Shown: positions 1-12,300 of the stretch, piece by piece | Numbering within the stretch: the stretch's first letter is position 1 | Layout: every line of letters begins with the position of its first letter | Origin: an uncultured delta proteobacterium | GTDB lineage: Bacteria; Myxococcota; B64-G9 | NCBI GenBank assembly: GCA_963754925.1 | Contig: CAVWHX010000004.1 | Coordinates: forward strand, 992,001-1,056,000 | Direction: 5' to 3' | Length of the DNA: 64,000 nucleotides | Position numbers and translations under genes: made by a program | Notes under the pieces: model-generated | Told to the model about the DNA's origin: nothing | Seen by the model: the letters and a program-made list of their open reading frames with translations, nothing else | Databases searched by the model: none

Positions 1-1057
1 TGGCGTGTTTCCGGGTGGCGTTTTAATAGTGCGTAAGGGCGGGAGTATCGTGCATCGCTCGGCTCATGGACGCCCGGCGCTTGATAGCTCGAACAACGTT
101 GATTTCGATACTATTTTTGATGTAGCCTCGTTGTCCAAGATCCTTGCCACCACGGGATTGATTCTTGATCTGATTTCGCGCGGGTTGCTTAATCTCGAAA
201 GTCGCGTCGCGGAATTTATCCCCGGCTTTTCCGGCGACGGACGCGACCAAATTCAGGTGGTGCATCTTCTTGAGCACAGCAGCGGATTGGTAGCCCATCG
301 GCCGTATTTTAAAGATATGCCCGCACGGGAAGTCGCCACGGTAATGGGGCGCGATGCAATCCGCAGGCGCGTAAGCACGGAGTGTCCAGGGACTGCGCCT
401 GGTGCGTACGCTCTCTACAGCGATCTGGGATTTATCCTGCTTGACTGGCTGATTGAGAACGTAACCGGACAGGCATTGGATGATTTATTTTTTGATCGCA
501 TTGTCAAACCGCTTTCGATGCGGAATAGTTTTTTCATTGACCTCAAGGAACTGGCCAAGGCTGCGACTGCGCGCGCAGAACGGGAGTTTGCGGCTACGGA
601 GTATTGTCAATGGCGTGGACGAATGCTGGTCGGCGAAGTGCATGATGAAAACGCCTATGCCATGGGCGGTGTGAGCGGACACTCGGGCTTATTCGCCACC
701 GCCGATGATGTGATGCGGCTGGCGACAGTATGGCTGGATGGGTGGCAGGGACGCGCTGGACTGTTCGACCCGCATTGGGTACGACGGTTCTTCACAAAAG
801 CAAACCAGCCGGGGTCTACGCGGGCGCTCGGATTCGATACGCCCTCGCCAGAGGGCTCGCAGGCCGGACAGCACTTCGGGCCGGCCGCGGTAGGACACTT
901 AGGTTTTACCGGCACGTCGCTATGGATCGACCCGGATCAGAATCTGATCGTGGTGCTTATGACCAACCGCGTTCACCCGACGCGGTCCAACGAGGCGATT
1001 AAGGAGTTTAGACCACGCTTGCATGACGCGGTTGTCGCTGCGTTTGGCGGCCACTGA
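1..1057 (+). CDS. Serine hydrolase, beta-lactamase family (5' end probably outside window)
   Basis: SLSK (SxxK), LLEHSSGL, YSDLGF, GEVHDENA, GHLGFTGTS motifs; frame is open to the window start; directly upstream of mpl. Confidence 0.88.
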   Translation, partial: GVFPGGVLIVRKGGSIVHRSAHGRPALDSSNNVDFDTIFDVASLSKILATTGLILDLISRGLLNLESRVAEFIPGFSGDGRDQIQVVHLLEHSSGLVAHRPYFKDMPAREVATVMGRDAIRRRVSTECPGTAPGAYALYSDLGFILLDWLIENVTGQALDDLFFDRIVKPLSMRNSFFIDLKELAKAATARAEREFAATEYCQWRGRMLVGEVHDENAYAMGGVSGHSGLFATADDVMRLATVWLDGWQGRAGLFDPHWVRRFFTKANQPGSTRALGFDTPSPEGSQAGQHFGPAAVGHLGFTGTSLWIDPDQNLIVVLMTNRVHPTRSNEAIKEFRPRLHDAVVAAFGGH

Positions 1058-1068
1058 AAGGTGTACCG

Positions 1069-2469
1069 ATGAAGATTCACATGGTGGCAATTTGCGGTAC
1101 CGGCATGGGATCGCTCGCTGGTTTGCTCAAGGAAGCCGGACATGATGTGCGCGGCTCGGACAAAGCCTTCTATCCGCCCATGTCGGAGAGCTTACGCGCC
1201 TGGGGTGTTCCAACGCTGAAAGGATTCGATGCCTCCCGTATCGGACCGGGTATTGATTTGGTCGTGGTCGGCAACGCCTGTCGCCGGGACAACCCGGAGG
1301 TGCAGGCGGCGCTGGCGCGCGGCGTGCAGGTGATGAGCTTCCCCCAGGCATTGGCCGAATTTTTCATCAAACAGAAGCGCTCGTTGGTCGTGGCTGGAAC
1401 CCACGGCAAAACCACCACTGCTGCGCTACTGGCATTTGGACTGACCCAAGCTCAACGCGATCCGTCCTTTCTGATCGGCGGCATTCCGCTTAACTTTGGT
1501 AAAAGCTTCCACCAGGGCGCGGGGGACCTGTTTGTGGTGGAAGGAGATGAGTACGACACGGCTTTCTTCGACAAGCGACCCAAGTTCATCCACTACCGTC
1601 CTCGGGTGGTGGTGCTCACCTCGGTTGAGTTCGACCATGCAGATATCTACCCGAGTATGGATGCGTACCGGGCCGCCTTTCGAAACCTCATAGCCTTGCT
1701 ACCCCCGCATGGGTTATTGATCGCGTGCGAAGACTATCCCGAGGTGAGCACGCTTGCTCACCGTGCGCCCTGCCCGGTGGTGACGTATGGACTAACAGCA
1801 GGTCGTGACTACAGTGCCACCGAAATCGAGGTTGGCGACGCAGGAAGCACTTTTAACTTGGCGGTCCGGGGGAGGTATGTTGCGCGAATCAGCACGCCGC
1901 TTGCCGGACGGCATAACGTTGCCAATATGGTAGCGGTTCTGGCGGCGATGGATCATGTCGGTATTCTTCCGGACGAAGCCGCCGGTCTCCTGAGTGGTTT
2001 TACGGGGGTGGCGCGGCGCATGCAGGTGCGGGGGGTTGAGCGCGGCGTCACGGTCATTGATGATTTTGCGCATCATCCCACCAAGGTGCGGGAGACCGTC
2101 GCGGCTGCCCGCGCGCGCTATCCGCAGGCTTACCTGGTGGCGGTCTTCGAGCCGCGTACCAACAGCAGTCGGCGCAACGTATTCCAGAAAGAATATCCGT
2201 CATCGTTCACCGGTGCGGATCGGGTGGTGATCACGCTGCCGTTTGAGATGGAGAAGATCCCCGAGGACGAACGTTTTGACTCGGCTGCGCTGGTACGTGT
2301 ATTGCAGGCTGGAGGCCAAACTGCTCAGCTTGCGCCCAATGCAGATGCCGTGGTGAAAGAGCTCGCGCCGAGTCTACCGCAGGGTTCGGTTGTGCTGATA
2401 ATGTCCAACGGCGATTTTGACGGAATCCACGAAAAGCTACTGACCGCACTTAAACTGGGGAAACTCTGA
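1069..2469 (+). CDS. mpl: UDP-N-acetylmuramate:L-alanyl-gamma-D-glutamyl-meso-diaminopimelate ligase
   Basis: AICGTGMGSLA, GTHGKTTT, EGDEYDTAFFDK, DDFAHHPT, FEPRTNS. Confidence 0.93.
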   Translation: MKIHMVAICGTGMGSLAGLLKEAGHDVRGSDKAFYPPMSESLRAWGVPTLKGFDASRIGPGIDLVVVGNACRRDNPEVQAALARGVQVMSFPQALAEFFIKQKRSLVVAGTHGKTTTAALLAFGLTQAQRDPSFLIGGIPLNFGKSFHQGAGDLFVVEGDEYDTAFFDKRPKFIHYRPRVVVLTSVEFDHADIYPSMDAYRAAFRNLIALLPPHGLLIACEDYPEVSTLAHRAPCPVVTYGLTAGRDYSATEIEVGDAGSTFNLAVRGRYVARISTPLAGRHNVANMVAVLAAMDHVGILPDEAAGLLSGFTGVARRMQVRGVERGVTVIDDFAHHPTKVRETVAAARARYPQAYLVAVFEPRTNSSRRNVFQKEYPSSFTGADRVVITLPFEMEKIPEDERFDSAALVRVLQAGGQTAQLAPNADAVVKELAPSLPQGSVVLIMSNGDFDGIHEKLLTALKLGKL

Positions 2470-2760
2470 AATATCGCCGGTCAGTCCACAAGCGGCAAAA
2501 TTCCCATCCCTTATTTGATAACACTCGCAGGTGCCGGCTTCGAGGATCGATTTACAGCAGTTTTGTTGCTCGTTCGAGAGATTCACATTTTGGTTGGCGG
2601 CATTAACGGCATCATTACAACGGTTTTGTTGGTTCACGGTAGGTTGGCAGCCGCAAATAATATTGGCGAGGTGCTTGCAGTCGTTGCCACACGCCGAGAC
2701 CATGCCAGCTCCTACGAGAGCAACACACAAGGCCAAGGTTAGGTCTTTTAGGTTCAACAT
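2437..2760 (-). CDS. Small Cys-rich lipoprotein
   Basis: Signal peptide ending VSAC, Cys-rich mature part; convergent 33-bp overlap with mpl; start could be 2769. Confidence 0.7.
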   Translation of the reverse strand: MLNLKDLTLALCVALVGAGMVSACGNDCKHLANIICGCQPTVNQQNRCNDAVNAANQNVNLSNEQQNCCKSILEAGTCECYQIRDGNFAACGLTGDISEFPQFKCGQ

Positions 2761-2853
2761 GGCGGCCATGCTAGACCTGCTGCCGATGAACTGTCAAGCG
2801 CATTGGTGAAAACAGTTGCAACAAAACAAAAATCGGTTCAAAACAGCAACGAT

Positions 2854-2940
2854 GGAGGGATGGCCGAGTGGTTTAAGGCGGCGGTCTTGAAAACCGCTGA
2901 AGTGGAAACACTTCCGGGGGTTCGAATCCCTCTCCCTCCG
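2854..2940 (+). tRNA. tRNA-Ser(TGA)
   Basis: GGAGGGA/TCCCTCC acceptor stem, D-loop TGGCCGAGTGGTTTAAGGC, anticodon arm GCGGT-CTTGAAA-ACCGC, long variable arm, GGTTCGAATCC; no encoded CCA. Confidence 0.97.
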
Positions 2941-2955
2941 ATAGGTTAACGCCAG

Positions 2956-3753
2956 ATGGGCGCGAAATTCAGCGTATGGGTTCTTCGAATTGCAGCGGCA
3001 ATTTTTTTGTTAGCGGCAATGCTTGGCCTTTGGCTGTCGGTCGTGCCGCTGTGGGCGAAGGGGTTGCTGACAGGCCTCGTCTTCTTGGGAGGCGCGACCC
3101 TCGCGTTTTGGAAAGAACCGGCCTTCGATCCGCTCTGCAGGGTCCGCTGGCGAGTGCCCAGCAAAGGACGGAAGCTCTGTGCGATTACCTTCGATGACGG
3201 CCCCAGCCCAGACACGGGACAGGTCCTCGATGCGCTCGCTCACGCCCGTGTAGAAGCCACCTTCTTTGTGTTAGTTGAGCATGCCCGTCGGTATCCGGAA
3301 CTGCTTCGGCGCACCCAAGCGGACGGGCACGCAATTGGGATACACGGTATGACCCATCGAAAACTAAACGGGGCCGACGAGTCAACGGTTGCGCGCGAGG
3401 TACGAGGAGCGCTGGAGGGACTTCGCGCGCTTGGGGTGACCCCGGCGCCACTCTATCGTCCCCCGCACGGTTTCAAGTCTCGAGCGGTTTTTCGGTTGGC
3501 TCGACAGCTTGGATTGACCATCTGGGCCTGGAGCCGAGGTGTGTGGGATACGGATCTGCCGCCCGCAGACGTTTTGGTGATTCGAGCAACGCTTTGCGCC
3601 CGACCGGGAATGGTGTTGTTGTTGCATGACGGCCGTGGAGACGAACCGTCACCCAACATCGGCCCGATGATAGAGGCACTGCCCCGCATCATCGAGAAGC
3701 TCCGGAAACGGGGTTTTGAGTTTGTACGACTCGACCGAATCGATATACCCTAG
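2956..3753 (+). CDS. Polysaccharide deacetylase (CE4/NodB domain), N-terminal TM helices
   Basis: ITFDDGP, HGMTH, YRPPHG, LLLHDG. Confidence 0.9.
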   Translation: MGAKFSVWVLRIAAAIFLLAAMLGLWLSVVPLWAKGLLTGLVFLGGATLAFWKEPAFDPLCRVRWRVPSKGRKLCAITFDDGPSPDTGQVLDALAHARVEATFFVLVEHARRYPELLRRTQADGHAIGIHGMTHRKLNGADESTVAREVRGALEGLRALGVTPAPLYRPPHGFKSRAVFRLARQLGLTIWAWSRGVWDTDLPPADVLVIRATLCARPGMVLLLHDGRGDEPSPNIGPMIEALPRIIEKLRKRGFEFVRLDRIDIP

Positions 3754-3875
3754 GCATCGGTCATTGTTATCGTAAAGACGCAGGCACACGCCGTAGTCTG
3801 CAGCTCCGGCAAATCTCGTTTCTCTTCCGTCATCCCGGGTACGGTTATGATTGGTATGTATACCGAACCGAGCGC

Positions 3876-4118
3876 TTACTTCCGGCCGGTTAGTTCCCGT
3901 TCGGCTTGCAGCCAGTCGTCCTGGTCGTTACCGTTGATGCCACCACGCTCAAGATAGATTTGGTAAGCCCGGGCCGCGATATCTTCACGACTCGGCTGGT
4001 TGTTGGTAGCGCTGGTGCTCCGTGAAGTCTTTGGCGAAGACATTTTCGATTCCGGAGCTTTGATGGTAGAAGCAGAAGTGTCGTTTCGCTTATTGATGGG
4101 TTTTTGTGTGGTATTCAT
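3876..4118 (-). CDS. DUF2934-domain small protein
   Basis: C-terminal IAARAYQIYLERGG...DWLQAEREL; AGGAGG RBS before ATG 4118. Confidence 0.8.
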   Translation of the reverse strand: MNTTQKPINKRNDTSASTIKAPESKMSSPKTSRSTSATNNQPSREDIAARAYQIYLERGGINGNDQDDWLQAERELTGRK

Positions 4119-4445
4119 CGTACCCCTCCTTTGGGTTATCAATTCACTAGAGTCCTTTTTGTTTTTTTTTGGTCTCACTTTGTTTTGGTGCTCAGGAAAT
4201 GGATGTCTCTGCATTAAAACAACGAACCCCCAACTTTCGGCCATTCTATCATACCGTTCGACCGAGCAAATAACCTTCAATCTGTCGACCCTCGATATGT
4301 AACAAAATTCGCCGAGGATTGCAAGTGAATTCGATTCAGATTTTTCATGCTACTGACAAGAAATATTTATATCACAGAATTCTCATCAAGTTGACTCAGT
4401 TATATAAAGTGCCTACACTAGTAGCTCGATTTTTAGGAGTCGGCT

Positions 4446-6956
4446 GTGCTTGATCGGTATAAGGAAAATCAGCTTCTGCGGGTTGCCAACCAGCGAAAGC
4501 AACGCCCCTGGTGGTTGCAATTGGTGTTGTTTGGATTGAGTTGCCTGATAGCATGGACAGCCATCACCACGGTCGGGATTTGTCTCCTCTATCTTCTTAT
4601 TCGACATACCATTCCTTCTTTGCCGGAGCTTGTTCAGTACACACCTCCTTTAACCACCAGGGTGTTTAGCCAAACAGGAACCTTGATTGGCGAGTTTGCC
4701 ATCGAGCGTCGAGATGTTGTTCCCTCGCAGAAAGTCCCACGGGGATTGGTCGCGGCTTTCATCGCGTCCGAAGACGACAACTTTTTCAACCACGGCGGGA
4801 TTGACCCCGTGGGCATTGTCCGGGCAGCGTTGAAGAACCTTCGCGCGGGGCGCATAACGCAAGGCGGTTCGACCATCACCCAGCAGGTTGCCAAGAGCCT
4901 CATTGGTCGGGAGAAAACCTTTTCCCGTAAGTTCAAGGAAGCCATTTTGGCTACCCGGCTCGAACAGAAATATACTAAGGAGGAGATTCTCTTTTTCTAC
5001 CTCAATCAAATCTATCTGGGACACGGTTCATACGGCGTTCAGGCCGCCGCCCGCAACTACTTTCGGAAAAACGTTTGGGATCTCGCCCTGCCCGAGATGG
5101 CCACTATCGCCGGCTTGCCTCAAGCGCCGTCCGATTACGATCCGGTTGATCGTCCTAAAGCGGCGCTCGACCGACGTTCCTATGTGCTCAACCGCATGCG
5201 GGCACTAAACGAGATCAGCGCGCAACAAGAGCAGGAAGCCTCGCGCACGCCGCTCTCAGCGCAGCCTATTCTCGATCGGTTTCGTCTGCATGCGCCGTAC
5301 TTTACCGAAGAGGTTCGGCGTGAACTTCAGGAGTTGTACGGAACCGAAGGCCTGTATGAGGGCGGGCTGACGGTTGAAACCAGCGTGGATCCCGACTGGC
5401 AGCAGGCAGCTGAGGAAACGCTGCTGCCGGCATTGCGAACGGTTGATCACCGACAGGGTTACCGCGGGCCGCTCATAACCATCGAAGACAAGGAAAAGCG
5501 CGCTGACTTCTTGAAAAAGCTTCAAGAGCACCTGCCGCCTGAAGCGATTGAAAATGGTCGATCGGTACCGGCGGTGGTGTTAAGGGTCGATGAGGATCTG
5601 GCCGAGATCGCAGTCGGCGGCACCACCGGCGTGCTGCCGATTTTCGGCATGCGCTGGGCGCGTAAACCCGACCCAGAAATTCTTCACGCCTCGGTTCGAG
5701 TCACCGACATCCGTAAGGTGCTCAAGGAAGGCGATGTTATCATCGTGACCAAGGCCGACCCAGAGGTCTTGCTGAGTAACGAACCGCCTGCCTTACGCAA
5801 GCTTCTGCCGGAAGGGAGGCCGGTCTTCGCCCTCGACCAGATTCCCTCCATGCAGGGGGCGCTGATCTCGGTCGAGCCTGCGCTTGGCTATGTGCGCTCA
5901 ATCATCGGAGGCTATAACTTCCAAGACAGTGAATTTAATCGGGTGCTGCAAGCGTGCCGCCAGCCCGGTAGCGCTTTCAAACCGCTCCATTACTCGCTGG
6001 CGATCGAATCGAAGAATTTCAATCCGGCTACCGTAATCGTTGACTCGGCGGTGGTCTATGACGACCCCGATAACGAAAAGCGCTGGAAGCCGGAAAACTT
6101 CGATGCAGATTTCAAAGGACCGGTCACCGTACATACTGCCTTGGTTAAATCAATGAATCTTCCAGCCATCAAAGTGCTCGACGCTGTGGGCATTACCGAA
6201 GCCATCAACTGGGACCATAACCTTGGCATAACCACCGCGCTCGCGCCCGAGCTTGGATTGGCGCTCGGCGCCTCCTGCGTTAAGCCATGGGACCTGCTGC
6301 AAGCCTACGCGGTTTTTAACCAAGGTGGGGTTAGGACCACGGACCATTTCATCCGTAAGGTGACCGATCGTTACGGGCGGGTGCTTCTCAACCATACCTC
6401 GTACCTGGATCCGTATCAGACCTGGGACGAACGCTTCGATCGAGCCTATGACCGCGTGTCAGACCCGCCGGTGCGGATGATCTCGGCCCAGTCGAACTAC
6501 GTTCTGCTGTCGCTTCTCAAGGCCGTCTGCCTTTACGGAACCGGCGCGGGTACGCAGGTGATCCACAAGCCAGTGGCCGGAAAAACCGGGACAACCAATA
6601 AATCCGCCGACGCTTGGTTTGTGGGCTTCACCCACGACGTGATCACCCTGGCGTGGATTGGGCACGATGATCCGAAGGATCCGCTGGGAATCGTCGAGAC
6701 CGGTTCTCACACGGTCGTGCCCATTTGGGCGAGTTATATGGGACGAATTTTGGCTCATCGTCCCCAGGCTGACTTTGAGGTCCCCGAGGGCATCGTTTTT
6801 GCTCAAATCGATCCGGACACCGGTTATTTAGCACGTCCGGACGCTCCTCGCTCGGTGCAAGCGGCTTTTAAAGACGGCGAGCAACCCACGCAATACGGTC
6901 CGGCCGATGATGTGGTTCGCTCCGGGCAGTTCTTCAAGGTGGATCGGGAACGCTAG
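4446..6956 (+). CDS. mrcA: Class A penicillin-binding protein (PBP1A family)
   Basis: Transglycosylase EDDNFFNHGG, GGSTITQQ, RKFKE; transpeptidase SAFK, SMN, KTG. Confidence 0.9.
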   Translation: MLDRYKENQLLRVANQRKQRPWWLQLVLFGLSCLIAWTAITTVGICLLYLLIRHTIPSLPELVQYTPPLTTRVFSQTGTLIGEFAIERRDVVPSQKVPRGLVAAFIASEDDNFFNHGGIDPVGIVRAALKNLRAGRITQGGSTITQQVAKSLIGREKTFSRKFKEAILATRLEQKYTKEEILFFYLNQIYLGHGSYGVQAAARNYFRKNVWDLALPEMATIAGLPQAPSDYDPVDRPKAALDRRSYVLNRMRALNEISAQQEQEASRTPLSAQPILDRFRLHAPYFTEEVRRELQELYGTEGLYEGGLTVETSVDPDWQQAAEETLLPALRTVDHRQGYRGPLITIEDKEKRADFLKKLQEHLPPEAIENGRSVPAVVLRVDEDLAEIAVGGTTGVLPIFGMRWARKPDPEILHASVRVTDIRKVLKEGDVIIVTKADPEVLLSNEPPALRKLLPEGRPVFALDQIPSMQGALISVEPALGYVRSIIGGYNFQDSEFNRVLQACRQPGSAFKPLHYSLAIESKNFNPATVIVDSAVVYDDPDNEKRWKPENFDADFKGPVTVHTALVKSMNLPAIKVLDAVGITEAINWDHNLGITTALAPELGLALGASCVKPWDLLQAYAVFNQGGVRTTDHFIRKVTDRYGRVLLNHTSYLDPYQTWDERFDRAYDRVSDPPVRMISAQSNYVLLSLLKAVCLYGTGAGTQVIHKPVAGKTGTTNKSADAWFVGFTHDVITLAWIGHDDPKDPLGIVETGSHTVVPIWASYMGRILAHRPQADFEVPEGIVFAQIDPDTGYLARPDAPRSVQAAFKDGEQPTQYGPADDVVRSGQFFKVDRER

Positions 6957-7007
6957 AGGTTGTTGCCGAGAGGAGCGAGGCTTACAACCTCTTGTCCTTT
7001 TAGGGGA
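6955..7007. repeat. Dispersed hairpin repeat, locus A
   Basis: AGAGGTTGT-T-GCC-GAGAGGAGCGA-GGC-TT-ACAACCTCT followed by TCCTTTTAGGGGA mini-hairpin. Confidence 0.8.
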
Positions 7008-8052
7008 GTGAGCGTACAGTCTCTTGAAACTTCCAATAACGCTGCTGAACGCGGCGGGCGGCTTTGAGCACATTCTCAGCCGCACCCATGTCGCCCGGAT
7101 CGGATTCTTTTGACCACAGACCGAGTAATGCCTTAATGCACATCGCGACACTCTCGGCCTGTCCGTCGATATGATAGCCGCCCTCAAGCATTAATACCAA
7201 TCGACCCTGGGAACATTCGGCCGCCAGATCGAGCAATTGACCGGTGAGAGAGGCGTAGCCCTCGGGGGTCATCTTCATGCTGCCGAGGGGATCGTGCACA
7301 TAGGTATTGAAGCCGGCGCTGACCAGAATCAATTCCGGAGCAAATTGGCGTGCGATAGGGATCAGCACCTCACGAAAGGCGGCTCGATACTCGCGATCGC
7401 CCATGTGTGGACCAAAGGGTACATTAACGGTAAAGCCCGTTCCGGGACCGGTGCCTACGTCTTCGAGCGCTCCGGTGCCTGGATAAAAGGGATATTGATG
7501 GGTGCTGAAGTATAAGACATCCGGACGATCGTAAAAGCTGTGCATGGTGCCGTTGCCGTGGTGCAGATCCCAATCGACAATCAGCACCCGCTTGATGCCG
7601 AGCGCCTGGCGCGCGTGTTCAGCGGCGATGGCGATGTTGTTGAAGAGACAAAAACCCATTGCATGATCACGCTCGGCGTGGTGCCCGGGAGGGCGCACCA
7701 GGGCAAAACCGTTCTCAAGTCTTCCGGCGACCACCTCTTCCACTAACTTGATTGACCCACCCGCCGCTAATTCAGCAGCCTGGAAAGAATCCGGCGAGGT
7801 TTGCGTGTCGGGATCGAGGCTCGCGCTGTGACCGTCGGTTGCGGCAATTCGGTCATAATGGGCGGGGCTATGCACCCGGCAAATTTCATCTTTCGTAGCC
7901 GCTCGAGGCGGCACCCGAACTACTTTTTGAAGAAGCCCCTGGCGCTCGAGGGTTGCGTAGGCGGCGACCAGACGGTCGGGCGACTCCGGATGCCAGGGGC
8001 CGGGATCATGCTTGATATAGAGGGGATCCATCACCACACCTGCTTGCCTCAT
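7000..8052 (-). CDS. Histone deacetylase family (Zn-dependent amidohydrolase)
   Basis: [38 protein letters not shown]. Confidence 0.92.
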   Translation of the reverse strand: MRQAGVVMDPLYIKHDPGPWHPESPDRLVAAYATLERQGLLQKVVRVPPRAATKDEICRVHSPAHYDRIAATDGHSASLDPDTQTSPDSFQAAELAAGGSIKLVEEVVAGRLENGFALVRPPGHHAERDHAMGFCLFNNIAIAAEHARQALGIKRVLIVDWDLHHGNGTMHSFYDRPDVLYFSTHQYPFYPGTGALEDVGTGPGTGFTVNVPFGPHMGDREYRAAFREVLIPIARQFAPELILVSAGFNTYVHDPLGSMKMTPEGYASLTGQLLDLAAECSQGRLVLMLEGGYHIDGQAESVAMCIKALLGLWSKESDPGDMGAAENVLKAARRVQQRYWKFQETVRSLP

Positions 8053-8300
8053 ACAAACCTCCCACGGTCACAAACACGTCTGGTCTATGGTATACCGCTG
8101 TGGGATGAGGATGCAACGAACATCACTTCACGTGTTCCTCATGTGCTTCGTACATGACCTTTGGACATGCTGGTAGAGACTATTGCTCTTGACAGCCAGA
8201 AAGAGTATACCATTCCACAGCGAAACCTGCGTTAGGTACCTATGCAATGGTTGCACCGTTCGTGTGAGTCGGAATTCAGAAGCGGTAAAGGATTACACAC

Positions 8301-9311
<1,011 letters not shown>

Positions 9312-9332
9312 ACGAGGGGGGCAGCGATCAGT

Positions 9333-12300
9333 ATGTCTGATTTCGTCCATCTACATGTACATACCCAGTACAGCCTGCTGGATGGTGCCATTCGCCTTGA
9401 GAAGCTCTTCCCGAGGCTTGCCGAGCTGAAGATGAACGCTGTGGCCATAACCGACCACGGCAACATGTTCGGCGCGATCGACTTTTACCAGCGTGCCAGG
9501 GCGGCCGGGGTAAAGCCCATCATCGGTTGCGAGGTGTACGTGGCCGGCGCGCGCGGCATGGCCGATCGAACCGCGCGCGAGGATTATCATCTGATTTTAT
9601 TGGCGTATAACCTTGCGGGTTACCAGAACCTCACCTATCTCGTGAGCAAGGCGTATCTCGAAGGTTTCTACTATCACCCGCGCATCGATAAGGATTTGTT
9701 GCGCGGCCGCACCCAAGGTTTGATTGCGCTTTCGGCCTGCCTCAGCGGCGAATTGGCCTGCCACCTTAAGTGCGGTCGGATGGATGCGGCGCGCGAGGCT
9801 GCGCGTTCGTATGCAGCGCTATTCGAACCAGACTGTTATTACCTCGAGCTGCAACACAATGGCCTTCCGGATCAAGATGCCGTCAACGCCGCTCTCAAAG
9901 AGATCGCCCGAACCGAAAACCTCCCGTTGGTCGCGACCAACGACTGCCATTACCTCTCCGAACACGACGCCCGAGCACACGACATCCTTCTGTGCATATC
10001 CACCGGCAAGACCGTCGACGACCCCAACCGAATGCGTCATCAGACCACTCAGTTGTATCTGCGCTCGGGCGAAGAGATGCAGACGCTTTTTGCCGATGTT
10101 CCCGAGGCGCTCGCTAACACCCGTCGGATCGCCGACCGCTGCGCCCTCGACCTTAACCTCGGGAGCGTCTTTTTACCGCGCTATGAGGTGCCGGCGGCGT
10201 TCGACCTGGATAGCTACCTCGATCAACTCGCCTGGCAGGGTCTCAACGCCCATCTTGTTGGGCTGCCCGTACAACAGCACCAACGGTACCACGAAAGGCT
10301 CCGGTACGAGCTCGGCGTGATTAAGAAGATGGGTTTTGCCGGATACTTTTTGATCGTTTGGGACTTCATCACCTATGCCAAGCGCAACGGCATTCCCGTT
10401 GGTCCGGGACGAGGCTCGGGGGCGGGCTCATTGGTGGCTTTTTCGCTCGGCATCACGGCGCTCGACCCGTTGCCCTATGATTTGCTGTTCGAACGGTTTC
10501 TCAACCCTGACCGCGTCAGCTTGCCCGATTTTGACATCGACTTTTGCCAGGACCGGCGCAATGAAGTGATTCAATATGTTACCGAGAAATATGGCCGCGA
10601 TCGCGTCGGTCAGATAATTACGTTCGGACAACTCAAACCGAGGCTCGCGATCAAGGATGTCGGTCGGGTGTTAGGCCTCACCTTCAATGAAACCGACCGG
10701 ATCTCAAAGTTAGTTCCGTATGGGCCGAAGGTGACTCTTGACCAGGCGCTCAAAGAGGAACCACGCCTTGATGCCATCCAGGAGGAGAAGCCGATCTATC
10801 GGGACGTGATCCAAATCGCGCGGTCGCTCGAGGGCCTCAACCGGCATTCCGGCACCCACGCCGCCGGGGTGGTGATCGCCGAGAAACCCCTTTGGGAGCA
10901 CGTTCCGGTCATGCGGGGGGAGGACGGCTCGCTCATCACCCAGTTTGCTAAAGACGAAGTTGAAAAGGTTGGGCTGATTAAGTTCGACTTTTTGGGACTC
11001 AAGACGCTGACCGTTATCGACCAAGCCTTGCGGTTGATTAACCACAGCGGCCCTCGGCTCGACATCCAAAAGCTGCCGCTTGATGACCGAGCGGTTTATG
11101 ATCTGATTACCTCGGGCCAAACCGACGGTGTATTCCAGGTTGAATCTGCGGGTTTTAAAGAGCTCATGAAGAAGCTCAAGCCGGATTGCTTCGAAGATAT
11201 CATCGCAGCCGTGGCACTCTATCGACCCGGGCCACTCGGGGCCGGGATGGTGACCGATTACCTCAACCGCAAGCACGGGCGTGAACGCATCAGCTACCAG
11301 CACCCGGTGCTCGAACCGATCCTCAGCAGCACCTACGGCGTGATCATATATCAAGAGCAAGTCATGCGCATCGCCGTTGAATTGTGCGGCTTCACCATGG
11401 GCCAGGCCGATGTGTTGCGCAAGGCCATGGGCAAGAAGAAAACCGAGGAAATGGCGCGCCAACAAGAAATCTTTGTGGTTGGCGCGATTAGAACATCCGG
11501 TATGGCCGCAGCCGAGGCACAGGCTCTGTTTGAAAAGATCGAAAAATTCGCCGAATACGCCTTTAATAAATCGCATTCTGCAGCCTACGCCCTGATCTCC
11601 TACCAGACCGCTTACCTCAAGACCCACCACCCGGTTGAATTCATGGCTGCGCTGTTGTCGAGCGAAATGGGCGACACCGAAACCCTCGTCCGGTATATTG
11701 CTCACACGCGTGAGATGGGTATCCAGCTGTTGCCACCCGATGTTAACCGCTCCGTGCGCGACTTTTCGGTGCTTGATGATCAGATCTTGCTAGGCCTCGG
11801 CGCGGTAAAGAGCGTCGGCGATACGGCGATACAGACGATTGTCGCGTGTCGTACCGAGAGGCCGTTTTGTTCTCTCTTTGATTTTACCGAGCGGGTCGAT
11901 CTGCATAAAGTCAACAAGCGTGTCGTTGAGGCGCTGGTCAAGTGCGGTGCATTTGACAGCCTCAACACGAGCCGGGCGAGTCTTATCGCCGCGATTGAGT
12001 CGGCCTTCGAATGCGGTACTGCCCGGCAGAAGGAGCGCACCTGCGGCCAGCGCAGTTTGCTTGACCTGCTGTGTCTTGAAACCGAACCGCCGACAACCGA
12101 CGATCCACGACTGAACAGGTTACCCGAATGGAGTGAGCACGAGCGGTTGCTTGGGGAGCGCGAAGCTCTTGGTTTTTATGTCACCGGACACCCCCTCGAC
12201 CGCTACCAAAAGCTCATCGCGACCGCGGCCACCTCTACCCTCGCCGACCTGCATGAGCGGGCCACAACCGGCAACGGCAACCGGCACCGGGAGATAGTTG

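Noticed and set aside
2437..2469. 33-bp convergent overlap of mpl and the lipoprotein gene
   Set aside because: Short tail-to-tail overlaps are ordinary
2854..2955. tRNA-Ser as an island integration site, or as tRNA-Sec
   Set aside because: No duplicated tRNA 3' end or integrase seen; the anticodon is TGA (Ser), not TCA; lacking an encoded CCA is common
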